Source of the DNA: Zygnema circumcarinatum SAG 698-1b
Taxonomy: Eukaryota; Plantae; Zygnematophyceae
Length of the DNA: 64,000 nt
Assembly (NCBI GenBank): GCA_037447605.1
Contig: CM074804.1
Span: forward strand, 1,426,001 to 1,490,000
Direction: 5' to 3'
Every line of letters starts with the position of its first letter. The first letter of the stretch is position 1. A model generated the notes under the pieces. It did no database searches. It saw only the letters and a list, made by a program, of their open reading frames with translations, and was not told where the DNA came from. Shown one piece after another: positions 49,768-62,284 of this stretch. The position numbers and the translations under genes are program-made.

Positions 49768-50475
49768 AGAGAAAGAGAGAGAGCGAGAGAGAGAGAGAAA
49801 GATGCTTACCATATGCCTCTGTATGCCGTTCGTGGTCGAGGAGCAGAACTCGATATCGGTTTCCTCCGCTGTTGCGGATCCGTTGCCGCAATTTGCCCAT
49901 TTCTCCACCTGCAGACTCCCCTGACTGAAATTTTCGTCCTTTATTTATATTTATTTTTAAACAACTTATAACCCTGCTCGGTATGCTCTACTGCAGGTTG
50001 AAGTGCGGCGTCCTGACACGTGGCGGGCTGATCCCGACAGATGAGAACAAAAGGAAGGGTTGACAGAAGAGGTCAAACCGTGCTGGGCTTCAGACCTACG
50101 TTACGGCTGCTAAATGAGAAAACAAGAGATGTGAGAAATAGCAGAAAAACACTCTCCCTCTCTCTCTCTCCTTCCCCTCTCTCCCTCTCTTTCTCCCACC
50201 CCCTCTCTCTCACCTTCCTCTGTACTCGGGCCTCCCTCTCCGCCAGACTGCTCCAGCCCGGGCTTCTCCAGCACCCCCGCCCCTCCGCTCCCTAGCCGAG
50301 CCTCCGCCATGGCTGCCGTTCTCCCTCCCCGGCCTTCACTCCTCCGCCATAGTCCGCCGCCTCTTGCAGGGACCGCGCCTCCGCCGATCCTATCCCTCCT
50401 CAGACGCCCTGTGACGCTGCAAGCAGGCGCTGCTGACGTCAGCAACTGCGAGAGCACGGCCGTCTGAGCCGCCAT
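48981..50475 (-). CDS. Plastid ClpS-like adaptor protein (4 exons)
   Basis: Transit peptide, then GVLEKPG..GGNRYRVLLLDHERHTEAY|VAKVLPTAVPDITENEARGVFHESRQLGAGLVIVVVK|EHAEFYAQMMARKGLRSTIEPD. ClpS fold signature. Confidence 0.85.
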
Positions 50476-50731
50476 GGATTCTGTGGGCGGCCCTCCAACG
50501 CAGGGGAGCGGAAGCTGCTGGAGATGGAGAGAGAGAGCGAGGGGGGAAGGTGGGGGGGGAGAGGGAGAGGGAGGAAGGGGCAGAGAGGGAGGGAGCGAGC
50601 TCACTCCCGTTCAGGCGGCCTGCAGGCCTGGCCAAGTTTTTGAGGGAAAACTGACTTTTACGGGAAAATGGACTTTGGCCATTTTTTGGGGGCACAGGGG
50701 GAGACGGTTCTAGAAGCGGCTCAGGCGGCCA

Positions 50732-50750
50732 CGTGGAGGAATATGATTGG
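50732..50750 (-). promoter_or_regulatory. ERSE-I-type motif upstream of the ClpS-like gene
   Basis: CGTGGaggaatatgATTGG, about 260 nt upstream of ATG 50475. Confidence 0.45.
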
Positions 50751-51589
50751 CCGTTTTGAGCCTCAGTGACGTGGCAGTCCGTGAGCCGTCGATGGGCTCC
50801 GGAGGCCCTGGATCGCCAATAATTAGCCGGAAAATGACGCCACGTGGCATGCGCAACGGATTTCAAAAAAATTCAAACATGTGCCCAGTGTTGTTGCAAC
50901 GGAACTGGCAAAGAAACAGTCATGTTAATACGTTTTGAAAGTTCTTGCATAGAACCATTTTGCATGCGTGCATTCAGAACCGTTCGGTCGCTGAGATCGA
51001 CCGCTGCAAACTGCGCTATTGAAGATTTTCTTTTTTCCTCACCATGGTTCGGCCATGCACAGCGCTGGCCCGTGCGTGACAGAGTCACAGAGAGAGTGGA
51101 GCGGGAGTGGGTGGGAGTGGGTGGGAATGGGAGTGGGAGTGGGAGTGGGAGTGGGAGTGGGAGTGGGAGTGGGAGTGGGAGTGGGAGTGGGAGTGGGAGA
51201 GGGGAGAGGGAGAGGGAAAAGGGGGGGCGGCCCATCAGGGAATGAAAGTATGGAAGAGACTGAAGGGGGGGGGTTCAGGCTGTTGGATTGAATTCGCAAT
51301 CCTTTGATCCCGAGTCTCCTCTGAAACTCGATCCGTCCTGCTAACGAGAGTAAGGGGCAATGTTGTGGCATTGTCTCACGATGTTGTTGTGCCCTCAAAT
51401 GTACATGGACAAAATGATCATGGGAACCACGAGGAACTGCTCATAAAGGACAAGAACAATAGAAAAAGGATTGCGACCAGGCCTTTGTGGTTCCCCCCCT
51501 GGAAAATAAAATATATATATATATATTCTTCGAATTCCATACTTATTATACCCGCCTTTCGTACTCCACACAAACCCTAAAAATCGCAC

Positions 51590-53854
51590 TCAATTGCTTT
51601 CTCTCCTTGGAGAGAAACTAAACACCCCTCGCTTCCCTCCTCCCCCTTGCTGTCCCTCTCGCCCACTCTCTCCCTCCCTCTCCCTCCCCTCCTCTCCCGC
51701 CGCCCTGAACCCTCCCTCCCCTTGAACCCTCTGAATTCTCCCCCCCCCATAAATCTCTCCCGAGGGGGAGAGGTTTCCTGACAGCCTCCATCCCTCTCCC
51801 TGCACCCTCGGACTGACCCCCCCATATATCTCCCCCGAGGGAGAGAGGTTTCCTGACAGCCTAAATACTAACCCTAAATTCCCCTCCAGCTCTGAACCCT
51901 CCAAATCCTCCACTGGAAGTCCCGCATTTCGCATTCTCGCAATGGCCCTTGGCCCTAAGGGCTGCCTTGGACTTTTCTGCCACGTGTCATGTCTGGGAGA
52001 TCGCATTTCTGGGGAAGAAAGGAGACTTCGGGAGTCCAATCTTGGGGAGGATTGGGACAAAGGAGTACTGGACTTACTTTTGGGTTCTGCTGAACCCTGG
52101 AGAGGGTGTTCGGGAGAGGACCAATAGAGGGAGGAGGAGAGGAGGGTAGGGCTCAGATGTTTGGGTTTATGAAGGGTAAGGGGAGGGCTACTACTGTGGG
52201 GGGACTTAGGGAAAGGCAAGTCTGGGGCAGAGTGGGAGTGGGAGTGTGAGAGAGAGAGAGGTGATTTAGATTGAGAGCGGAGGGTTTCCCACTCTTCTCT
52301 CTCTCGCTCCGTATCCCGCTCAGTCTCAGTTTCCGTCTCCCTCTCCCTCTCTCTCTCCTCCTCTCCGTTGCCGTTATTAGGGTCCCGAAGCTCCACTAAG
52401 TTGCTTTCTCTCCTCTCTCCTCCTCCCTCCTCCCTCCTTGCTGTCACAGCCTGCTCAATGCTTATCCACCGACTCAAAGGGTGCTTTATTCCCTCCTCCA
52501 CCACTCTACTACCACTCCCTTCCTGTATTCTCTCGTTGAGAGGGGAATCCTCCACTTCTTGAGGGAGAGCTTCAAAGGCTTTCTCTTCCTCCTCCTTACC
52601 ATCGACAACCTTCACATCTACCCTCATTTCTTCCCTCTCTTCCTCTCCCTCCTCCGCTCCCTCCACTCCTCCCCTCTCCCTCCACCAACCACTCTCCCTC
52701 GCTCCTTTCCTCATCGACCACTCCCTTCCCTCCCTCCTCCGCCTCCCGTCTCTCTGCAAAACCTCTAACTTTCGCACCTTGGTATTTTCACCCTGGTCCA
52801 ATCCTCCCTCTCCTCCACCCCCCTCTCCCTCTCCCCTCTCTCCCTCTCCCCCCCCCTTACCATGTGCAACAGGAGGGCGTAGCCATCCGGCTACCGCACT
52901 CCTCCCACTTGTGGATGGCTGAGACGAGCCTTCACTCGAAACCATAGGCCCGGAAGATGGCCTAGGAATACCCCCCTGCCAAGAAATCAACAAAAAAAGA
53001 AAAAGAAATAATTATTGACTAAATTATTGAAGAATGCATAAGCAAATAAATGGACGAATTAAAAAGGAAAAAACATAAATGAATAAATGAAATACAATTG
53101 ACAAACGAAGGAAAAAATCTCACTCCTGCGAGGTTTCCTCCTCCTCCTCCTCCTATTCGGGAGCGAGAGAGGGAGAGGCGAGCTCCCTGCATTTTGAAGC
53201 TTCCCATAGAGCGTTGCTTTCCGTCAGGCACATCTGGCATGGAAACCGCCGTTTCCGTTCCGTCCGCCTTTTTCAGTTCCGTTGAATGTGCCGACGCTTG
53301 CGATCCGCTGAAGTTTTTCGAATCAATGGCTTGCGAGGCAGTACTTTGACTGCGAAAATAGATATGAAAAAAAGTTGAGGTTCAAGGGCTGTACCTTCCT
53401 CATTTTACTCCCAAATTTTTCCTTTGTTTATCTGTTTTTCACGTTCTGATTCGACCCAGATCGTTGAAAGAAAGTCCGAGGGAGAGAAAGAGAGAGTGAG
53501 AGAGAGAGAGAGTGGGGGGGAGAGAGAGAGTTGAACTTAGGTGGAAGCTATCTATACCTTGGAGGAAGGCTTGTTCCAAAACCCGCAAGAGCCATCCGCA
53601 GACTCATTTCCATGTCCTCGCTCTGTTCAGCCTCCAGCTGGCGGCCTGGGATTGGTGCGTCTTCTGAAGGAGAGGAGCTGAAGGAGAGGGAGGGGGAGGG
53701 AGGGCCTCCCGAGGCTAAGGGGTTGGGGACGAACACGCGAGGGGAGGAGCCTCCTTCAGAGGGAGAAGCAGGTGTAGGCAGGCAAGGGCAGAGCAGCCGC
53801 CTGTGGGAGAGAGAGAGAGAGGAAAGGGAGAGAGAGAGAGAGGAAAGAGAGAGA

Positions 53855-53895
<41 letters not shown>

Positions 53896-56457
53896 CATTC
53901 AGGGCGGGGATGTAACGGATGGGTTTGGATGGGGGCTAGGGTTAGGAGGGGCTGAGCATGGGGGATTGATTTTGAAGGTAGGGATAGGATTTCTATAGAA
54001 ACTCAGCAAAATCTACAAAAAAAAAAAATATTCAAGCTGAAGCTCTTTTTTAAAGGTTTCAAATTTGCAAACTTTCCAAGCCCTCAACAACCCTACAGAC
54101 TCCCTTAAAACCATACAATGTCCTCACATGTAGAGCAACCCTAAAAAACCGAACAACCCACAAAAATCACACAAATTCACTCATCCTGCCCCTCCCCCAT
54201 CCCCCCTCCAAACCACACACTATCCTCCAATGAACCCCTAGAATCCCCCAAAACACTCCCACACCCTCCCACTCCTCTCCCCCTCTCCCCCACTCACCCT
54301 TCCATACCCTCCCCCGTCCCCCCCCACCCTCCTCATCCTGCTAAAAACCCTTAAAACCCTAAAAACCCTTTTTTTAAATCCATCCTTACATGCAGAGCAG
54401 CCCGTCCTCCTCTCCCTCCTCCTCTCCCTCCCCCTCCCCCTCTCCCTCCCCCTCTCCCTCCCTCCCTCCCCCTCTCCCTCCCCCCCCGGGGCGGCCCATG
54501 AGGTTGGCGAAGGGCGCTGCGAGCGGCAGCATCGCCGCGAGGAGGAGCCGCGCGAGCCAGGCTGTGCCCGCAGCCACGCGGAGGGGCCGCTGGGCGCACA
54601 GCGCGGGGGGGGCCGCCTCCACGCACACCGCAAGGACCAGGCTGCCCAAGGCCACGGCAAGGGGCGCGCCCAGCAGCTCTGCGAGAAGGAGGGAGGGAGG
54701 GAGGGAGGGAGGGAGGGAGGGAGGAGAGAGAGGAAGGGAAGGGTGAGGGGGGTAGGGGGAGGGGAGGGGGGGGGAGGGGGAGGGGAGGGGTGAGGGGGGT
54801 AANNNNNNNNNNGGGGAGGGGGAGTGGAAACAAGAAAAGAGCGGGAGAGGGACGGAGAGGAGGAGGGGAGAGGAGGGGAGGGGAGGGAAGGCGAGTTGAG
54901 GAAAGTGGGAGAGAAGTGAGATGGGTAAAGGAAAGGGAAGGAAAAGGAGAAGTGGGGAGGTCGAGGAGAAAGTTAAGGGGAAAGGACGAGGGAGGGAATG
55001 GACGACGGAAGGTTGAGAGGGGAAAGGGAAAGCAAGGGTGAGGGGACGACAAAAAATTCAAAGTGTTTTGGAGCAAGGGTTCACCGGAAAGCAAAACGCA
55101 AATAGCCACATTGACGGCTGTGCTTGCTAGAAGGAGGGTGCTCAATAAGAGGCTGCCATGTGTCCTCAAAGCGGCCACTTTGGCGGCTTGCTGCCTTGCG
55201 ATTGGATCAGAACCTGCCATGGCTGCCTGCCCCCCTCCCTCCTCCCACAAGAAATGAACATATATGAAAATCCATAAGTTGCGAAGGGAAGTTTTTAGGG
55301 TTTGAAGAGAACGACAAGAGAGAGGTGAGGGAAAAGACCGCGAGAAGAGAAATTGTAGGAGGAGAAGAGAGCGAGCAGGGGGAGGGATGGTCGACAAGAT
55401 GAAAGGAGACGAGAAAAGGCGGAGGGGCAGAGAGGAGAGATAAGAAAGGAGATGAGACGAGAGTGACGAAAAAGGACAAAGGAAGCAGGTGAAGAGTGCA
55501 AGAGATGAGAAGAGAAGAGAGGAAAGAGGAAGCGAAGGCCACCTGAAGGGCGCTGAGGTCGAGAGTGAGTGTGCTGGACATCATGCAGGCGATGACGACA
55601 GAGAGGAGGAGGAGCACTACCACAGTGGGAGGGTACGCCACAGTCTCAGAGAAGGAAAGAGGAGGGAGCCATCCTTCCTTCCTGCTCTCCGCACATGCGC
55701 GGCCCGGCCTCGGAGGTTCAAGAACTCAGCTACTTTCCTCTCTTGAAAGCTACAAGGCTTTGACTTTAAGGAGGATTTAACTGAAAACGGAAAGAATCCT
55801 CATGAAATTGGTCATGGCATTGGTTACGAACTTTTTTGCAGGCACATAGCACCTGAAAAGGGCTCAAATGCTAGGGTTTTTCGGGGTTTGAGAAGGAATA
55901 AAAAAGGAAGCACCTGTAGCACGAATCATAGCACGCCACGTCACGCGGGCAGGCGGAGAGGCAGACCGGCAGACCCCCCTTTTCCGCGCAGAGGCCGAAC
56001 CGCGGCAGAACGGAGGAGATGCACATGCTGCAGTTCCGTTTTTAGGGTTTCCAAATCGTTCGCAACGCTTCAAACGTTTTGATCCTTTCGACAGCTTCAA
56101 GAGAAACTTGTCATCTCTGAGACTTCCAGATTTCCTCTAAGCACTTATTCTTGGGTTTGTAAACCTAAAAAATAAACATTATCATATTAATTAAAAGGAA
56201 CTTTGGGCCCTTTTATTACAGCCTTGTTCCTCATCAACCTGCATTCACAACTCCTCCAGCTTCAAAAAGCTTGAAGGAGAAGATCCCTCCCCATTCCCTG
56301 AAGATTCCCTGTTAAGCGGAAGCCAATAAAAGCTTCCCCCGTTTGCAGATCTGACGACGTGGCAGCATGTGATTAGCGCACCCTCGCCCGAGCCCTCTGC
56401 GTCCCCAGCGGCGCCCCCACGTGGCTGCAGGAACGACCGCCAGCTGGCGGCAGCCAT
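51590..56457 (-). CDS. DUF21/CNNM-like transmembrane protein with Cys-rich N-terminus and long disordered tail, no CBS pair (8 exons, ~915 aa)
   Basis: Phase-consistent exons 56457-56249, 56027-55914, 55681-55543, 55226-55085, 54678-54390, 53800-53558, 53349-53124, 52975-51590. DUF21-like core: LTLDLSALQ..DP.ARQQAAKV..HGSLLLSTLLLAS.AVN..VEAAPPALC..RPLRVAA..W.ARLLL..PLA.P. The two 5' exons are inferred from phase only. Confidence 0.7.
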
Positions 56458-57184
56458 GGCCGGAGGACCCGCTGAGCTGCACAGTGCGCAACGGCTCGTG
56501 GCGGCGTTCTATGGAACAGTTGCGAAATCCGTGAAGCATTTTCGTGCGTATTTACGGATCCATGTGGAACTGAACTGGCCTTGGTTAAACACAGAACCGC
56601 AGTCCTGGGATGATATTGGTACCTCGATACCTTTTCAGAATATATCGTATTGGAGTACGATACGATATGGTCCGATATCGTTCGTATCGCTATGAGCTGT
56701 AGGCCTGTAGCACTCTCGTCCCCCTTTTCGACTGCGCAATAAAGAATACCATTTTTTGAAATGGGTCAAATTTATTATTATTTATTTTAGTATTTTGAAG
56801 TCAAAATTTCCTCAGTCCAACTGCAATCAAGGCTTTCGAAACCGTTCGCAGAGTCAAATTTTTTGGAAGATTTATGTGACGGGTTCACATGGAATGATAA
56901 CTTCAATAAACATGCCAATCGAGGCCACCCTTAGACCCTAAACTCTAAACTTCAAGACAACCGCCCTAAAACCCTAAACCCTACTTTCCTCTAAATCTCG
57001 CGCGCACTGCCGCCCACTGCCTCCTCCTCTGTACACCCCCCGCCCTCCTTTACAAAACTTCGCAAACTGCCGACCGGAGTTCAATCCCGGTGCCGTGATA
57101 GTGAACAAGATAAATGATAGATAGATAGTTTCTGGCGCGAATTCCGTGGGGCCATCAATGGGGTCCCCCCCGGCGAGCCGTCCG

Positions 57185-59406
57185 TCAGGCCGTGTGCTGG
57201 CGACACCTGGCGGGCCCGTAGTGGTCCGCGCTGCTGCGCACGACGCGGCCGCAGAGCGCGCAGAAGTGGTTGCGGCACGCCCAGCACTGCATGTGGTTGT
57301 TGCGCCCCGCCTGTACCCGGGACCCACCCACCCACCCAGGCCTCAACCCTGGACCCTCAACCCTAAATCCTGAGACCTGAGCCCTGAACCCTAAACCTTA
57401 AACCCTAAATCCTGAACCCTAAATCCTCAACCCTAAATCCTCAACCCTAAATCCTCAACCCTAAACCCTGAACCCTGAACGCTGAACCCTAATAAATCCT
57501 GAATCCTGACCCTAAATCCGGAACCGTGAACCCTGAATCCTGAATCCTGAACCCTGAACCCTGAACCTAAACCCTAATTCCGGAACCGTGAACCCTGAAC
57601 CCTAAATCCTAAAACCTTACTAAAACCCTTAATCCTGAACCCTAAATCCTGAACCCTAAATCTGGAACCGTGAATCCTGAACCCTAAATTCTAAAACCCT
57701 AAATCCTGAGCCCTAAATCCTGAACCCTAAATCCTGAACCCTAAATCCTGAACCCTAACCCTAAACCTGAACCCTGAACCCAAGCCCTAATCCCTGAAAC
57801 CTAAGCCCTGAGGCCTGAACCCTAAGCTTTAAACCCTGAACCCTAGAACCTAGCTAAACAGTGAACATTTACGCTGGCCTCATACCTCTAAACCCTGAAC
57901 CCCAAAACCCCGGACCCTACATCTGGACACTAAACCCTGAACCCGAAACCCTAACTTCTAAAAGCAAGCTCAACCCTGAACCCTACACCTTGAACCCCAA
58001 ACCTAGAAACCCTGCACCCTGGACCCTAAACCCTAAACCTGCCACACTGGACCCTAAAACGGGCACGCAAGCAGAAGCCAAAACTCTACTTACAAACAAA
58101 CAAACAACGAACACCAGAACATGGAACGGATACAGAACGGAACCAAACGGAACGGAAACGGGACAGGAACTGAAACGGCAGCATGTAGCGTGCCTTGTGA
58201 TTCTCCTGGCGGCAGAGCGGGCAGAGGCGCCGCCTTTCGAGCCAGGGCGCGCCCCCCCCCGGGTCCGCCCCCGCGGGAGGAGGCCGCGCCGCCGGCTGCA
58301 TGCCATGCTGCTGCTGCATGGCACGCTCCCATCGCGCCACGTCATCAAGGTCGAACAGCTCGCACTCCCCATCCCTGCAGCCAGAATCGAAATTAAAGAA
58401 CGAAGGAAAAAGGATTCCTTTCGAATCGAAAGGAGAGGAAAGAGGACGGGGGGAGGGAGGGAGAGAGGGGGCGAGAGAGAGATAGAGAGAGAGTCTGGCG
58501 ACTCGCCTGAAGTGGTCGTATCCCTGGATGCCCTTCCCGCAGCGGTAGCAGAAGTAGGCGGAGCAGTTCGCGCAGCACATCTTGTTGCAGCCCTCCGTCT
58601 TGGAGATGGCCGCCCCGCAGGCCGGGCACCGCCGCGCCTCGCGCGCCACGTAGCTCTCGCTCTCGGCTTCCGCCAGCGCCGCGCGGAATCGCCGCACCTC
58701 CTCCTCGCCGCTCCGCCCGGCAGCACGCTCCTGGGGGGGGGAGGGAGAGGGTAGAGATAGGGTAGGGTTAGAGATAGGTTAGGGTTAGAGATAGGTTAGG
58801 GTTAGAGATAGGTTATGGTTAGAGATAGGTTAGGGTTAGTACGGGGATNNNNNNNNNNGGGGAGGTGGGAGGGTGGAGGTGGAAGGTGGGAGGGTGGAGG
58901 TGGAAGGTGGGAGGTAGGAGGTGGGAGTGGAGAGGGGAAGGTGAGGGCAGCCAAAACTAAGAGTCTTAGGGAAGAAATGATCCCCAAAATGACCTTAAAA
59001 CGCATCAACTCCCCTGCTGAACACTAAAAATGCCACGGACAACAGTACCGTGATAGTAAACCCTTCACCATTCCTTTTCCTTCCTTTTCATTCCCTTTCC
59101 CCTTCTCCTCTCGGAGCTCAACCTCCTCCTTCAGTCGCCCTCCTCACCATGAGCACTTTCCGGCGCGTCTCTGCGTCCAAGCAGGGCCTGCCCGCGTGCC
59201 ACGTGGCCCTGCAGAGGCCGCAAAAGACAAAGTAGCAGTTCGCGCACTGCGCGCAGCTGTCCCCGTCCTCCACGCAGGGGGCGGAGCAGCGCGGACAGTA
59301 GGAGAGGTCGGCCATGGCGTCCAGGGAGCGCTGGAGAGTGAGAGCATCCCACCGGGAGAAGGCTGCCTCAGGGAGGAGTTCACGCAACAGGCCTGGGAGA
59401 GTGGGG

Positions 59407-59483
<77 letters not shown>

Positions 59484-61341
59484 GAAAAGAGAGAGAGTGA
59501 GAGAGAGAGAGGAGAGAGGAGAGAGGGTGATAGTGGACTTCAGTGGGGTGGAAAACGGGGATTTTGGGGTGAAGGAGGGTGAGGTGGGGAATGGAAGGTG
59601 TAGGGAAGGGGCGTTTGGGTTCAAGGAAGGAGAAGCTCTCTTCCTTCCTTGCTCCCTCCCCCTTTTCTTCTCTTTCTCTGCCTTTCCTCTCTCTTCTCGC
59701 CCCTCTCCCTCCCTCACCCACTCCCTCTCCCATGCACACTGTCGCTCCCTCCGTTGCTCTCTCTCTCTCTCTCCCCCGCCCACTCCAAACCTCACCTGGG
59801 GGAAGGGCCCCTCTGCAGGAAGTGTCTGGGCAGACAATTTTCGCAATGCTTCCTTCTGCCACGTGGCACTCCGCAAAGGTGTGCATGCAGCCCCTGCAGA
59901 AGTTATGCCCACATGGAATTCGCACAAACTCCGAACCTGGAAATATATCTCATTAGCTCCATAAGTACAAGCCTTTAGGTGCTAAAAACCTAGAAAATGT
60001 CTTATTTCCCACCCCCTTTTTTCGCTATTTTTGTTATTTATTAATATACTGATCTATTTTACATGCACTTAATGCATGTATCAAGCTGATCAAGACTCAC
60101 CTTGAAATTCCGAAAAGCAAATGAGGCAGGTGTGCAGCTCCCTCATAAAGCACTCCTCCTCCTCCGACTTATTCCATCTCATCAGTTTCACGACATCCTC
60201 TTCAAACGACTTCATTTCTGAAACTGCTCGAAATCCCTGATTTTTCTCAACAAAATTGGGCCTATTTTCAACATAGGGTCCCAGCTCTAAATCATTTCCA
60301 ATTTTCAAAAATGTTAAACATTCTCTGCTTAACCAGTCCACCCAAGTGAAAACTATCACTTGCCCCTCTCCCTGCTCCTCCCACAGCCTCTGAAGCCTCT
60401 CACAAAGTTTCACGATTATTTCATGACTTAGCCAAAAACACGAAAGCTGAAAGCGAGGGGGCGAATGCGACGGATAATCGGACGGAAGAACGCATAGAAG
60501 GTGCATGGGAGGGAGGTGTTTAACGGTAACGGAACGGAGTTCTTGGGGCAGCATAGATTCCGGCGGCGATGTTTCCGCTGAAACGGAAGTAAGATTTGCT
60601 TCAGTATTGAGATTTGGAACCTCGTTTGGGGTTTTGGAGGGGGGGTCATCAGAGGAAGGGTTCAGGGAGGAGGAGGAGGAGGAGGAGGAGGAGAGCCTGG
60701 TCACAATTTGCAGGGGGTCAAGGACTTCTATATGTACAGAGACCTGCCGGGTATAAAGAAGAGAGAATAAGATGGTTAGTTCTATTAAACAGTAAAAAGT
60801 ATAAACGGACATTTTGAACCATTAGTTGTTAGCTGTTAGTCATTAACTGTTCGTTACTAGCCATGCTTCAAAAATACTGGCTATATTCAGCAGATTCTAT
60901 TGGGTTAAGAGTTGGAAGAACAGAAGAAGCGGCAGAATCTTCTCTACTTTTTTGAAGGGGAGAATAAATTCCTCTTACAGCAAAGACAAGGGGATAGTCG
61001 GCGGGTTGTTTCAAAAGACGGAAATCGTCAGCATATATCGCCTTTAAAGCCTCCACCTGAACCGAAAATGCAAAAATATTTTAAGAAAACTTTCTAAAAT
61101 CAATAAAAACAAGACATTAACATTAACCAATAACCTTTTTAAAAAATCATACTTTGTTTCACATTTTAAGCGCTAATACCTCGTACTCCTGCTCCTGCTC
61201 GTTCCGCTCTCTTTCCTCCGCAGAGACCAAAGCCTCTACTCCGCCCGCCACGTGTACAAGAAACGACTCCACCTCCTCCGTCATGGCCGCATCACCTTCA
61301 GCTCCGCCATGGCTTCCCGAGGCAGCCATGGACAAGGCCAT
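57185..61341 (-). CDS. RNF14: RNF14/ARA54-like RBR E3 ubiquitin ligase (RWD-RING1-IBR-RING2 plus C-terminal Cys cluster; 8 exons)
   Basis: [13 protein letters not shown]; RWD (HLPP..L..LPSDYPS..PP.F.LSC.WL); CLICF..CGHNFC..C; [21 protein letters not shown]; [26 protein letters not shown]; tail [19 protein letters not shown]. Confidence 0.92.
57345..58045. repeat. Intronic degenerate telomere-like array (GAACCCTAAATCCT)n
   Basis: About 700 bp of AACCCT/ATCCTG units filling the last RNF14 intron. Confidence 0.92.
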
Positions 61342-62284
61342 GGCCACGGCCAAGGCGGCGCCCTTCCCTCCAAAGAAAGATCACCTCGTAGAATCCCTCC
61401 TTATACTCACTTCAAAACCCTAAATCCTCCCTGAACCCTAACATCCGCGTCCTGAACCTCCCTGAGTCCCAGAACCCTGAAGGCCGCTCGGGATTCAGGG
61501 ACAACGAAAGGAGCTAAAGCGCAGCTGAAAGCGCGGCCATGGAAGCACTGCTCCTTCCTCCGATCGTCTGAAGCTCTCCCTGCTCTCTCCTGGGCTCCTC
61601 CCGGTGCCGCCATCCATGGCTGCCGCGGGACGCCTTTCGTAGGGGGAGGGGACCGCCATAGCGTGCTGAGCTCGCAGAGAGAAGCGCTTGTGGACTGCCA
61701 GGAGGAGTCCCGGACCTGTTGACTCACAGGCCGTACACTAATGGATGGTACGGCCTACGGAGGTCAACTTACAGTATGCATTGAACCGTCCGACCGTTCA
61801 CAAAACGCCAAAGGACGATTGTAAAAGCACGACTGATGGCCAAAGAATCGAAAAGTCTATTTACACACCCTTTTGGCTAGATGCACGCCTTCTTTCGCAG
61901 TTTAACTAGTTTTCAGTGTTTTTTTTAAAAGGTGCGTATCTAGCCAAAAAGGGTGTGTAGATAACAAATTCACTAATGTATCCTTTCATCATGAAAAGAT
62001 GACGTCGGCGAGTTTCAAACTTTGCGCAGAGTAGAAAACTCGGTTCGCGGGGAGGCGGCCCAGACCGTACGGACGGACAGCTGGCGCGCTGAGAGGGCTC
62101 GGGCTTCGCAGGGTTCAAGGCGTCCTTTTCAGCGTTCAGGGCCGTACGGACGGCGGGCCTCTCGCTAGTGAGACCGACCTTCCTTGGACTTTTTCTTTTT
62201 TTTGAATTGAGAGGCGCAGGGTGTGATTTTGGGGTTCAGAGCCCATTTTTTTTTTCTAATTTCAATTTAGGCCCCATCGAAGCC

